Assembly (NCBI GenBank): GCA_963753055.1 | Contig: CAVWAP010000004.1 | Span: 1,050,575-1,114,574 of the forward strand | DNA from: an uncultured Bacteroidales bacterium | GTDB lineage: Bacteria; Bacteroidota; Bacteroidia; Bacteroidales; B18-G4 | Reading direction: 5' to 3' | DNA length: 64,000 nt | In this document: positions 30,375-42,500 of the stretch, piece by piece | How positions within the stretch are numbered: the stretch's first letter is position 1 | Layout: every line of letters starts with the position of its first letter | The notes under the pieces: model-generated | The model's input: only the letters and a program-made list of their open reading frames with translations | Told to the model about the DNA's origin: nothing | Database searches by the model: none | Position numbers and translations under genes: made by a program

Positions 30375-30662
30375 TTGAACACTAATGACATGGAAAAAAC
30401 GATTGACCAGATTAAAAAGAAAAGAGTAGTCCCTGAAGAGGTAAAAAACAAGGTCAAAGAGTTTAACAGGACAAAAAAAGCAATACTGAACGCCCTTAAA
30501 ACGAATCCGCGATCCATTCCTGAGATTGCTGCGGAGACAGGGTTGCCAATTGACAAGGTCACTTACACCTTGATGACCCTGCGAAAATATAACGAGATAA
30601 AAGTTGATAAGATTGACGACATGGACGAGTATTTTTTCTATCAATTATCAAATGAGGATTAA
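30375..30662 (+). CDS. Small winged-helix protein
   Basis: ILNALK..PRSIPEIAAETGL HTH pattern. Confidence 0.75.
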   Translation: MNTNDMEKTIDQIKKKRVVPEEVKNKVKEFNRTKKAILNALKTNPRSIPEIAAETGLPIDKVTYTLMTLRKYNEIKVDKIDDMDEYFFYQLSNED

Positions 30663-30664
30663 AG

Positions 30665-31810
30665 ATGTCACAGGTAAACACTAGTTTTTCGCACGAACTT
30701 ACCAAATATGGAGCCATAAATTTTAACGCATGTTATAATTGTGGCAATTGTACGGCTGTGTGTTCACTTTCGGATGAGGAAAACTCTTTTCCGAGAAAAA
30801 TGATACGCTATAGCGTTTTGGGTTTGGAAGATGATATCCAGGCCTCTGTCGACCCATGGCTATGTTACTTCTGCGGCGAATGCAGCGAAACATGTCCGGA
30901 AGGCGCCAACCCGGGAGAGTTGATGATGTCATTGCGCCGATATTTGACGGCTAAGTATGACTGGACAGGCCTGGGCCATAAAATGTACACATCGAAAGTA
31001 TGGGAGTTTGGGGCCATTATCATCCTGGCTATAGCCATCCTGGTTCTATTCATTCTGTTCCATGGGCCAATGACAACTGATCTGACACTTGAAGGCGGCG
31101 TAAAACTAAACACTTTTGCTCCCTGGAAACAGATTGAGATCGGCGACTGGATCATGGCAGCTATTTTGTCATTTTTCCTCCTGACCAATGTTTTTAATAT
31201 GTTCATGAAGTTGATTGTAAGGCAGAAAGACATTAAAGTGCCAATTAAATTGTACTTCACCGAGTTCTGGAAGATTATTGTTCATTTTATCTCACAATGG
31301 CAATTCTCAAAATGTGATAAACTTGAAAGTGGTAAAACAATCAATTTCAGCACCTATTGGATCGTCCACTGGTTATTAATGACCAGTTATGTGATTATGT
31401 TCACCATGATTGTCGTATTCCTGGGATGGTTTCAAACAGAAAATATTTACGCCTGGTATCACCCGCAAAGGTTACTTGGATATTACGCAACGGCGGGCTT
31501 AACGATTGGTGTGATCTATTTCTTTATTGAGAGGATCAGGCGAAGTAATGAAAAGAGCAAGTATTCACATATAACTGACTGGACATTCTTAGTCTTGCTT
31601 TTTTTAACCACCATATCTGGAATCTTAGTCCATTTGTTTCGCATCAACGGACTCCCAATGGCAACGTACTACACATATGTCTTCCACATCATGGTACTTT
31701 TCCCGATGTTGATGATTGAAGTCCCGTTCTCCAAATGGTCGCATTTAGCTTACAGGCCTTTTGCTATTTATTTCAATAATGTGATCACCACTGCCAGGAA
31801 AGCGCCATAG
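30665..31810 (+). CDS. QmoC-like protein: HdrC-type 2x[4Fe-4S] domain plus membrane (heme b-type) domain
   Basis: CYNCGNCTAVC, WLCYFCGECSETCP, about six TM helices with His residues, PFSKWSH. Confidence 0.85.
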   Translation: MSQVNTSFSHELTKYGAINFNACYNCGNCTAVCSLSDEENSFPRKMIRYSVLGLEDDIQASVDPWLCYFCGECSETCPEGANPGELMMSLRRYLTAKYDWTGLGHKMYTSKVWEFGAIIILAIAILVLFILFHGPMTTDLTLEGGVKLNTFAPWKQIEIGDWIMAAILSFFLLTNVFNMFMKLIVRQKDIKVPIKLYFTEFWKIIVHFISQWQFSKCDKLESGKTINFSTYWIVHWLLMTSYVIMFTMIVVFLGWFQTENIYAWYHPQRLLGYYATAGLTIGVIYFFIERIRRSNEKSKYSHITDWTFLVLLFLTTISGILVHLFRINGLPMATYYTYVFHIMVLFPMLMIEVPFSKWSHLAYRPFAIYFNNVITTARKAP

Positions 31811-32185
31811 TGAACACTCCCGATAACTATCGGGACTGAACAGAAATAATTCATTGTCCCTGCCTTCGCTCCGCTTCGGCAGGCAAGGCATTCTAGATTC
31901 TACATTCTACATTTCACATTTATCTTGTGTCTTGCATCTTGCATCTTGCATCTTGTGTCTTGCATCTTGTGTCTTGTGTCTTGCATCTTGTGTCTTGTGT
32001 CTTGCGTCTTGTATCCCGCTGGCGTAGGAGATTTCTCCCCTGATATTCATCAGGGTCGAAATGACAAGGTATCATTGGTATTATATGTAGTATCGATTCT
32101 TACTGGAGCCCAACAGTATAACAATATAACAGTTTTCACTAATCACCAACCACTAACCACCCTTGCCTTCACAGGGGCAAGCCTG
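31811..32185. repeat. Composite repeat block: REP-like hairpins plus 7/8-mer arrays
   Basis: tcccgataactatcggga; cctgccttcgctccgcttcggcagg; (cattcta)n; (tcttgYR)n; ggagatttctcc..gtcgaaatgac; (aacaatat)n; (aaccact)n. Confidence 0.9.
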
Positions 32186-32218
32186 CATCCAACTCATTGT
32201 TAGCTCAATCCCGGTTAA

Positions 32219-34069
32219 TTACTTAAAATCAATTTTAAAGTCATCGATTTGAATTTTGGCAGGGCTATTATCTTTGGAAGGCAACCATACATAAATACTT
32301 AAATGTGCCGAAGTATCGATATTTGCTGGTAACTCCTTATTTATGGTTATTTGATTCCACTTATCTATATTTTTATGCTCAGTGCAAATTCCAACTGATT
32401 CCCAGTACAGTGAGATCTCCTGCTTCTCCACGGATACAAATACTGAAGCATTGTTAATCTCAGAATACCTGAAAAACAAGGAAACAGATACTCTCCTTTT
32501 ATAATCAAATTCTCGTAATGGCCTGTTTATTCCAATACTGAAAGGAAACATTGAATCAATCTGGCAGGAGTAATCAGCGCTAGTATAATTAACGCTATTC
32601 AAGGCTTCTGGCATGATGTCTGCTGTATAAGTATCAAAATTATTGAAATAAGTGATTGTTGTATCTGATAGGTTTATTTCTTTGCTTATCCTCCAAAATT
32701 TAGCCTGTTTCATTTTCCTGCCAATTGGCAACCCTCCTGTATGCAAATAACCTGGAATCTTTATATTTTAATGCTTGTTCTATCTTACTCTTTTTGGACT
32801 GTAAAGAATTTGTTGGATAATATTCTTTTGCCAGGGCGATGTGATATAAAAAGCCTGAGAATAATAGTAAGACAGCAAGCCTCTTCCAGATTAGTTTCTT
32901 GAATAGTGGTTCCAGGCAATAAAAAGAAAACCAGAAAGAAATTGGTAACAGGATATAAAAGGTGTGTGAGGCCACATCTCTAACAACAAAAAGATAGCTG
33001 GTGAATACCAGTAGAATAGAAGCAATTGTAAACAGCTTAACATACCTGACCCCGGCATGTGGACTTTTTTTAAAGAAATAAACGATATAATAGATGGTTT
33101 GAGATATACCGATTAGAAATAATAAAATGATAAAAGGGGCTGCCCATAAATTGTTCAGGAGCAATGCTTTTGTACCTATCCACCCTCACGGAGATGAAGT
33201 AGCGTGCCTCAAAAGTACTGAAATGCAATGAAGCGTGTAAGTACATCGATGTTCATTAAATTAGAAAAGTTTACAACAATGTTTGATTCTGTACCCCCGG
33301 TAATTAAACCATATTTAATAATTGTCGGAATGAATGTGGACATGATAACAATAAAACCTAAACTGAAAAATAGCATCCCAAATAAAATGTTTCTGCGGTT
33401 TTTAGTTTTTAGAAGGACAAACAATGATAGAAGAATATAAAAGGGTAGTAAGACCCAGGACATATGTATTTGTAAGATCCAGCCTAATGTAAAACCCATA
33501 ATGAAAAATGAAAGATTAATTGAAAAAATCTTTTCTTTATAAAAAGGCAATATTTCGAAAACACTTACAAAAAAAAGAATAGCCGGAGCCAGAACATAAG
33601 ATGGGTTAATTATTGTTGTACTGTAGTTTAAGGTCCATGGAGCCGTAAGCAACCAAATATATATAAACCACTTTGGTATGCCCGCAAGTCTTTTTGAAAG
33701 ATACCATGCAAAAAATGCCAATGAAAACGTTGATAATAAGTTCAACAATAAAAATGGAGCTTCGGGTATTGCTGAAAGATAAAAAGGTAAACCAACCAAA
33801 AGGCCCTGTAAAGCTCCGGGGATCTGCGAGGATGTATAAGTAATATCAGGTCCCCAGAAAGGCCAGATACCTGTAGTATAAAATTTCAGTCCGATTAAAT
33901 ATATTTGTGTGTAGTCCTGCAAATACAAGGTATCAAGCTCTGAGAAGTTAATACACATTCCATAGAATGTCCTTAACACATAAGCCAGAAGAACAACCAA
34001 TAATATGCATCTGTTGCGTTTGAGATTCTTAAAAAAGAAGAATAGTATACTCGCTATTGCCTGGTACAT
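32219..34069 (-). CDS. Polytopic membrane protein, GT-C/ArnT-like glycosyltransferase candidate, in three frameshifted pieces
   Basis: ORFs 33209-34069, 32700-33164 and 32219-32746 abut in different frames; many TM helices; GPDI..IPG, QIH.S motifs; AT-rich. Confidence 0.6.
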
Positions 34070-34138
34070 GCAGTTTTAGTTAAAGGCTCATCTTTTGCAC
34101 GATTAAATATATGAAATATTGTCCACGTGACCTGAACT

Positions 34139-34582
34139 GTCACCCCGAGCGCCGCGCCGTCGGCAAGCCTTTGGCGGCCGATGGAAGTCGAGGGATCCGG
34201 TATCCGGCATCTTGCATCCCGCTGGCGCAGGAGATTTCTCCCCTGATATTCATCAGGGTCGAAATGACGAGGTATCGTTGATATTATATGCAGTATCGAT
34301 TCTTACTGGAGCCCAACAGTATAACAATATAACAATATAACAATATAACAGTTTTCACTAGCCACCCCTGCCTTCGCTCTGCTTCGGCAGGCAAAGCATT
34401 CTAGATTCTACATGCTACATTTCACATTTATCTTGTGACTTGCGTCTTGCATCTTGCGTCTTGCGTCTTGTAGCTTGCGACCTGAATCATAGAGACCCAT
34501 AGAATACCCATAGAAAACCCATAGAATACCCATAGAAAACCCATAGTACCATATATCTCAATACTTAATACTTAATACTGTA
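34139..34582. repeat. Composite repeat block sharing two segments with 31858-32141
   Basis: 34216-34360 matches 32013-32141; 34366-34470 matches 31858-~31960; also contains (catagaaWacc)n and (aatactt)n. Confidence 0.9.
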
Positions 34583-34611
34583 TTTACTATTGGCTATTTT
34601 CTATTTGCTAA

Positions 34612-36521
34612 TTATTGTTTGACCACAACAAGTTTATGTGTGGCAACTTGTTCACCAGCCTGTACCCTGATGTAATACATCCCTGCTGATAAATCATTCA
34701 TATCAATCTCGATTTCATGTTCTCCAGGCATCTGCATTTCATCGATCAATCGTTTAATCTTAATTCCTGAAATCGAATATAAATCACATTTCAGATTTCT
34801 GATATCATGAATCAGATATCGCAGACGTGTAACGTCTGCACAGGGATTGGGAGAAATCTCAAGAATCAACTGATCATTTTTGACATAATTTTCTTCATCA
34901 ATAGCATCCATGCAAATGGCCATTTTAGGTACTGAAGCATAAATGATCCTGTTATCCTGATAACTATGGGTTCCATGAACGGCAGCAAGACCTGGTGTTT
35001 CATCAGTTTGATAGATATAATGGATGTTATCATCTGAGGATGAGGCCAGAACAGGGTATATGCATTCATCGTAAAGATGTGCAACATCGCTTGTCAGATG
35101 GATGAAATCACGCCATTCACCACTAGCAGAAAGCCTCTGGCCCAGATGTGTTTGTAATTAGAATTTCCGGTACTCATATCGTTTCAGTTGTTGATGAAAA
35201 AAGTACATAGATCTCATCTATACTCACTGATCATTATAGTTGGCATGGTTGAAGGACTCGAAGAGTTTCTTCGTAAAAGAACATCTCTGTATTCAGATCA
35301 ATGGTCCCGTTACCATCCACATCCTGCATCCAGCCGATGTAATTATAATCTTCAAGCATTTCAGAGTTAGTATAACCGTATCCCAGGAGGAGCAAGAGCT
35401 TGATAGATCATTGGAAAAGGTTTCCATATTCCTCGTTCCAGTAGCCAATACCATCGCAGTAGAGATCAGGTAAGATCTCCATGGACCAGGAGTATCTTTC
35501 ACTATATTGGATATGCTGAACACAACATGGGCACTGCCCTCGGCATCAAGGGCTATATTGGCTGAACCAGCAACACAGAAGAAGGTATCTGTAACTGGTA
35601 TTTGTATTGTAAAAGGGATATGGATGTTCCCAGATGAATAGTTTTTTCCCAGGTATCACCATCATCTGTTGTTTTCATCATAAACATGTCATGGCAAGAT
35701 GATATTGGCGTATAGTAGTGCGATAGTGCCATTCTTCTCATCGGCCCAGACATAGTTATCCATCCAGATTGCTTTGTAATAATCTGAACCAGTGCCTTCA
35801 AGGATTACTGTTTTCAATATTCCAGGTCGTTCCGCCATCCTGTGAACGGGAATAAAAGAGGGCAGCTTCTTGTCCCATGATATGGCACCGTATGGATACG
35901 GCTACTATATGAATAGAATTATGATTCGGACCTGCTGTTATCATTCTGGGGCAGGCCAATACTGAAGGACCATTGCTATAGTTATAAGGTGTTTCAGTCC
36001 AGTCTCCGGTACCTTTTACTGATCTTGTTATGATATAAAGTTTTTTTATTGCAAAATCATGACATACAACAATTTCTCCTTCCTGGCCCGAGAGGAGCAT
36101 AACTTGGCCACCCAGATCTGAAGTTTTCAATACTGATTTGCAGGGGGTTGAACCCCATGCAGTTGCCATCATAATAATTATATCCTGTTCCTCTATCAGG
36201 GAAATATGGAGGTGCTTCAACCCCCCTGGTCCAAACAGCACCAATAGTACCATCTTCATGACGATAAATTCTGTTTTGCAACATCCTGTTTGATTGCATG
36301 TCATAGCTGGTATTCCCGATCTCATGCTCATTGGAGGCCAGGCCGTGCATGTTCATGGGAGCTTCAGGAGCTTGGATTGATGTATTGCTTTGGGTCTTGT
36401 TTGCATCCAGGCAAACCTTGACTCTTTTGTTCAAAACCTCTTCAGGCAGGTTTATCCTGATCTGTGAGAGCCCTGTCAGGGTTAATGAACAGATAATAAT
36501 ACTAAGTAGAATATTTTTCAT
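34612..36521 (-). CDS. Secreted T9SS protein (BNR/propeller-like), heavily frameshifted
   Basis: Signal peptide at 36521; fragments with YSRSQDGGTTW and KTTDDGDTW Asp-boxes; CTD in 34612-34923. Confidence 0.7.
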
Positions 36522-36658
36522 GGCTTTTTTTCTTTAAAGTTACCATATCTGCATGTCAAAGTCTACCAGAAATGTTTCAATTGATGCAAGAAATGTTGCA
36601 GCGGAGCGAATCCGGCATCCGGCATCCGGTATCTGGTATCTAAATATGTAAAAATCAC

Positions 36659-36666
36659 TATATTTG
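36659..36666 (+). promoter_or_regulatory. -7 promoter element
   Basis: TATATTTG 26 nt before ATG 36693, just downstream of an (atccggc)n array. Confidence 0.55.
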
Positions 36667-36692
36667 CAAAAACATAAATCAAAACTTCACTT

Positions 36693-37973
36693 ATGAGAAC
36701 TCTTATTGTATCAATAACCACATTCTTTGTACTGGCGATAGGTTCATTTCTATTAATGGCAAGCTTTTCAAGTCCTGCAGAAAAAAATGGCAATAGATCC
36801 ACCTCCAGTGGTGAGCTGTCGTTTACCATCAGGACCGTTACTGCAAACGGAACTTATTCTCCGAAGCATGTTCTGGCAATCTGGGTAGAAGACATTGACG
36901 GCTTTGTCAAAACCAGGAAGGCCATGGCCAGTCAGCGGAAACAGTATTTATACACCTGGGCAGCTGCCTCTAACTTCAATACGGTAGATGCCATAACAGG
37001 TCCTACGCTCACCAGCCACCAGACTCATACAGTTACCTGGGATTGCACAGACCTGGGTGGAAATATTGTTCCGGATGGTGATTATGTAGTATATGCGGAA
37101 TTCACCGATAAGCATGCTCAGGGGCCTCTGTACTCAATGACTTTTACAAAAGGGCCGAACCCGCTGTTTTTAACTCCTCCGGATGAAACATATTTCAAGG
37201 ATATTGTGCTGACATTCACTCCCTACGTCTGCGATTTCACTGCCAGTGAAACAGATGTATGTCAGGGCGAAATAGTTGTTTTTACCGATGAATCTGTAAA
37301 CGCAAGTTCGTGGGAATGGGATTTTGGTGAAGGCGCTGTTCCTGCAACATCCAGCACACAGGGACCACATGCGGTTAGCTATTCCACTCCGGGAATAAGA
37401 ACAGTCTCACTGACCATCAACGGGAACCTCACAGAAACCAAAGATGACTTCATGACTATTCATGATGCTATGGAAGCTGGTTTTGAGTACGGGGGCAGTG
37501 ATCTGACGGTTGAATTTACAAATGCTTCAATTAATGCCACAACATATTTATGGGATTTTGGCGATGGTAATACCAGTGCGGAAACCGATCCTGTTCACAT
37601 ATATTCCAGCGCAGGAAGCTATATGGTAAGTCTTATTGCAACTAATTCATACTGCGAGGATACTGTTAGCCATGAAATTTCGGTTCCGCTTGTGGGACTG
37701 GAAGAAATCTACAGCGAGAATTTAGTTCAGATCTATCCAAATCCGTGCTCAAGCACTGCACGCTTGAGATTAACGAATCACGAACAACGATATCTGATAT
37801 CTGATTTATATATGATTTCGGGAGAAAGAATTAAGAGATTGGTGAATGAAGTAGTACCAGCAGGAATCCATGAAATCGAGATTGATATGAGTGATTTGCC
37901 TGCAGGGATGTATTACATCAGGGTGCAGGCTGGGGAGCAGGTTGGTGTTGGGAAGATTGTGAAGATAGACTAA
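36693..37973 (+). CDS. DUF2271-like domain, two PKD domains and T9SS CTD
   Basis: YSPKHVLAIWVED..GFVKT, VDAITGPT, two W.WDFG PKD motifs, IYPNP CTD. Confidence 0.8.
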   Translation: MRTLIVSITTFFVLAIGSFLLMASFSSPAEKNGNRSTSSGELSFTIRTVTANGTYSPKHVLAIWVEDIDGFVKTRKAMASQRKQYLYTWAAASNFNTVDAITGPTLTSHQTHTVTWDCTDLGGNIVPDGDYVVYAEFTDKHAQGPLYSMTFTKGPNPLFLTPPDETYFKDIVLTFTPYVCDFTASETDVCQGEIVVFTDESVNASSWEWDFGEGAVPATSSTQGPHAVSYSTPGIRTVSLTINGNLTETKDDFMTIHDAMEAGFEYGGSDLTVEFTNASINATTYLWDFGDGNTSAETDPVHIYSSAGSYMVSLIATNSYCEDTVSHEISVPLVGLEEIYSENLVQIYPNPCSSTARLRLTNHEQRYLISDLYMISGERIKRLVNEVVPAGIHEIEIDMSDLPAGMYYIRVQAGEQVGVGKIVKID

Positions 37974-38000
37974 GGCTGTCAGGTAGAAAAGCGAAACAAC

Positions 38001-39350
38001 TCACTCATCCTTGAGACACCGAACCGAACGTCCCATTAATTTAGAATTGTATGAACGGGAAAGTCGTGTCTCCCAATATTCAACAAACCGGTACCAGGAT
38101 CCCATGCTGGTAACTTTTGTAGAGGACCACATGCTGGTGTATTTGACCTCATTTACGAAAGTACCACCGGGGATGCAGCAGCCGGTACCCAGAGCGGCAA
38201 AACCAAAATAATCATTTCCAGTACTACTAGGCATCCAAAGTCGCGTAGCTTTTAATCTTTCACCAACATCGAATCCTCTATAACCCGCACTATCCCAAAT
38301 AGGGTCAGGGTATCCGTAATAACTGTCGACTGTTCCTTCTAATTGTTTCCATTCTTCATCAGTAGGTATATGCCACCCAGGAGGACATATGCCTTGTATA
38401 CCTTCAACAGTATCATATTTCATTATCTCATCCCATTGGTATAATCCCCCATACATATCACAATTTGTCGTGTAATTATTAAAGCAGTATTTTTCTATAA
38501 TACCATTGTCAAACTGAGGCTGGATTCCGGGTATCATTGTTCCTACATTCAGGTTTTCTTTGAACCAGCATTGGGTTCCAATCTGAACTGTTTTGTAATC
38601 ACGAAATTGGTAATTTACTATAGGAATATCTATACATGGTATCCCTTCTGTAATATCAAATAAGTAAGATTCAGAATTTTCCGGGTTATCCTCAATAAAA
38701 TCACTGCCTCTTATCAATGCTTTTGTTTCTGAATATCCAATGTATCTCAGCGTATCACCATAATCAAACGGGAAGCCACCATCATTGAAAGACTTTAGGT
38801 TTCCTACATATTGTTCATAACCCATATATGCCAGTTTGCATTCTTGCTTTGCAGATCCCAGGCTGGCCATCTTAATGCTTCTTGTCAGCCCTTGATACGA
38901 CACAGAAAAGATATAGAAATTTGCTTTGCCCGGACAAAATGTAAATGTATGTTTCCCGGCATCTAAAATATCTTCATATGCTGCATGTTGCCGGCCTGCC
39001 AGATCAAAGATGCGGATTGCAATATCATCCCTTTTTTCGATGCAAACATTAATATATGTTTGATCCACAATCGGATTGGGATAATTCTGTGATACCGAAA
39101 AACTGTTTGCCCTGAGTTGATCTTGTAAAATTGGCATAATACTATCTTCAATATATAATATCAAGACTGTATCTGGCCAGTAGAGCATGGTATCTGCATC
39201 CTTAGTAAGGTTCATGATCAGGATACTGTCTATGACAACATGCTGGCCTTTGTTCTGAGCTGTGAAATCAAGCACAATAGTATCGTCACCAAATGTATTC
39301 AGGGTAAATCCTATGATCAGGATAGCGATAAGGTAAATTGTTTTTTTCAT
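38001..39350 (-). CDS. FISUMP (Fib_succ_major) domain protein, paralog 1
   Basis: YKTVQIGTQCWFKENL, YGGLYQW, GICPPGWHIPT, GRSVRCLK. Confidence 0.9.
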   Translation of the reverse strand: MKKTIYLIAILIIGFTLNTFGDDTIVLDFTAQNKGQHVVIDSILIMNLTKDADTMLYWPDTVLILYIEDSIMPILQDQLRANSFSVSQNYPNPIVDQTYINVCIEKRDDIAIRIFDLAGRQHAAYEDILDAGKHTFTFCPGKANFYIFSVSYQGLTRSIKMASLGSAKQECKLAYMGYEQYVGNLKSFNDGGFPFDYGDTLRYIGYSETKALIRGSDFIEDNPENSESYLFDITEGIPCIDIPIVNYQFRDYKTVQIGTQCWFKENLNVGTMIPGIQPQFDNGIIEKYCFNNYTTNCDMYGGLYQWDEIMKYDTVEGIQGICPPGWHIPTDEEWKQLEGTVDSYYGYPDPIWDSAGYRGFDVGERLKATRLWMPSSTGNDYFGFAALGTGCCIPGGTFVNEVKYTSMWSSTKVTSMGSWYRFVEYWETRLSRSYNSKLMGRSVRCLKDE

Positions 39351-39504
39351 AATGATTAGGTTTAGCGCTAAGCGCGGAGAGCAAAGCGCTAAGCGTTAAA
39401 ATATTACGCTTTGCGCCCTGCGCTTTGCGCTTTGCTATCTAACAATCAATTTTCGCACTGCTACTACATTTCCAGTCTGGAGTCGGATAAAATAGACACC
39501 CGCC
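39341..39504. repeat. Direct repeat copy 1 (CTD tail, stop, heptamer hairpin, start of next gene)
   Basis: Co-linear and highly similar to 42587-42750. Confidence 0.95.
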
Positions 39505-42500
39505 GGCAGTCCACTCATATCAATTTCAATCTCATGCTCACCAGGCATTTGTTCTCCCTCAATAACTCTCCGAATCATCCTTCCATCAATCCTATATAAA
39601 TCACATATCAGATATTTAATATCATGAATCAGATATCGAAGACGTGCAGCGTCTGCACATGGGTTCGGAAATAATGCCAGCTCATCAGCCAGGTATATTT
39701 CCTTGACAGACAGGGTGTCACAGGACTCCAAAACCTCTTCCGAGCTGTTGCATCCGGGGGCATTGTCATGAATCGAGACTGTTCCATTTGGACTTGCTAG
39801 GTAATCACAAATACTGCGAACTTCACAGGTCGATAACAATGAGTTTTCATAAATTCTCAAATTGGTGATTGAACCAGCACTAACATTGTCCAGTCCGGTT
39901 AAACTGGTCAGGACATTGTTTTTGCTAATTCTAAGGTAACCCCCAATGGAAGTTAATCCTTCCAATCCTGTGAGATTTGTTAATAAAGGATTTCCTGTTA
40001 GGCCTAAACTCCCATAAGGGTCACCGATAAAAAGGTCTGCATCGATTGAAGTGATAACACTTAATCCATTCAAATTAGTAATATCATCCCCACTTATATA
40101 TACACTTCCCTTCAGTTCTGTACAGCCCGGATAATGAAACTGGAAATTATCAACATCGGCCTGGCTGGTGAAATAGTAGTTTCCTTGTGGCAGGCAGGGC
40201 ATTTGAAAACCACATTCATTTGCGATTTCAGCGGGGGTGTTGCAGCCGGGCGCATTACTATGAATATAAATTGAGGCAGATGGGCTGGCCAGGTAATCGC
40301 AAATGCCCTGGGCTTCGCAGGATGACAGGGAACTGTTTCCAGAGATCCCTAAATTTCTTATTGAACTTGCATTCAGGTTGTTTAAACTCAGGATATTGTC
40401 CAGAACCGGGTTGTCTATTATCAACAAATCCACCCCCACGAAGCTCAGGTTTGCCAAAGCATCCAGGTTGTTCAACGAATCGTGTCCCAATATGTAGAAA
40501 TTGCCTCCAATATAGTCCAGGCTATCCAGCCCGGATAAATCAGGCAGGCATGGATTCGAAGGCGAAGGATAATACCAATAAAAAGGGATTCCTAACCACA
40601 GGTCTCCCCTGATGGTATCCAGGTTACTCTGTGGGAAAAGGTTGACAAGGGAATCATTTGAACCAATCCAAAGTCCACCTCCAACGAATGTAATATTATG
40701 CAAACCGGTGAGGCTTTTAAGGGATGGATTGCAAATGACAGCCAAAGATCCTGCAATTGAAGTCAGGTTACTCAGGCTGCTTATATCATTCAATGAATAG
40801 TTGCCCATGGTGCATGTCCAGGAAGCATTACCATCAAGATAACCGATGTGTAAGTCTCCCCCGAGGGATGCCAGGTTTTCAAGTCCTGAAAGACTCGTCA
40901 ATGAATTATTCCCTTTAATAATAAGGTCTCCTCCGATGGAATCCAATTGCTCCAGGCCACTTAAATTGATAAGGGAATTGTTGAACCATACAATCCCAAG
41001 ATCTCCCCCTATGGAAGTTACATTTTCCAGTCCCTCCAAGCTGGTCAGGGCATTATTACCTTGAATCCAAAGGTTTCCCCCTATGAAAGTCACATTATTC
41101 AGGCTGCTTATACTGGTAAGGGAACTGTTAGCATAAATGTCAACTCCCCCTATGGAGTTCAATTGCTCCAGGCCACTTAAATTAGCCAGGAGAGGGTTAT
41201 CCCTGATACTAAGAGTGCCAGCCACTGATGTCACTGCAGCTAAACCACTTAAATTAGAAATATCGTTTCCATTTATAAGGACATCACCCTGTAAATCAGT
41301 GCAATTCGGGTAATAGGCCGGGAAACTGTCGATTTCAGCCTGGCTGTTAAAATAGTAGTTTCCATATGGCAGACAGGGCAGGGTGATCCCACAGGTATTC
41401 GCTATCTCAATGGGACTGTTACAACCAGTTGCATTGTTATAAATATCAATTGAGCCCGAAGGGCTGGCCAGGTAGTCACATATGCCCTGTGCTTCACAGG
41501 ATGACAGAGATTGATTGTTAATAATCAACAGGTCACCCCCGATGGATATCAATCCCTCCAATCCCGCCAGGCTGCTCAGGGCATGATTTCCACCATAATA
41601 ATAATCCTGGCCAATAATAAGACTTCCGCCGATGGTAGTCAATCCCTCCAATCCGGTCAGGCTGGTCAGGGAATTGATACCATTGATATAAAGGTCCCCC
41701 CCGATGGATGTCAGATTTTCCAAACTCTCAAGACTGGTTAGGCCAGAATTTTCAATTTCCAGGTTTCCCCCAATCGAGTCCAGTTGATCGAGACCACTTA
41801 GATTAACCAGGTCAGGGGTGTTTCTAATACTTAGGCTGTCAGCTACAGAAGTTACATTAGACAATCCATTTAAATTGGTAATGTCATTTCCACTTATGGT
41901 AACATTTCCCTCCAGTTCTGTGCAATTCGGGTAATGGGCGGGGAAACTGTCTATTTCAGCCTGGCTGTTAAAATAGTAGTTTCCATACGGCAGACAGGGC
42001 AGGGTGATTCCACAGGTATTCGCTATCTCAATGGGACTGTTACAACCAGTTGCATTGTTATAAATATCAATTGAGCCCGAAGGGCTGGCCAGGTAGTTAC
42101 ATATGCCTTGTGCTTCACAGGATGACAGGGAATTGTTGTCGAAGATTGTCAGGTTTGTGATAGAATTGGAATTCAGGTTGTTCAAACTCATGATATTGGT
42201 CAGGACAGAATTTTCCATTATCATAAGATCCCCTCCGATAGATGTTAGATTTTCCAGTCCTGAAAGATCAGTTAATCTAGGAGTATCTTCAATAATAAGA
42301 TCTCCTCCAATGGATGTCAGATTTTCCAAACCTGCAAGACTGGTTAGGGAAGAAGGTCCAATTTCCAGGTTTCCCCCAATTGCCGTTAACATGCTTAATC
42401 TATCGAGATTTGTTATGTTTCCTGAGAATGATACATCCCCTTCAATCTCTGTACAATTAGGATGGTTAGTTTGGAAATTGTCAATCTGTTCCTGGGTTGT

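Noticed and set aside
31811-34582. CRISPR array
   Set aside because: No constant 25-45 nt repeat with unique spacers and no cas genes; the units are short tandem repeats.
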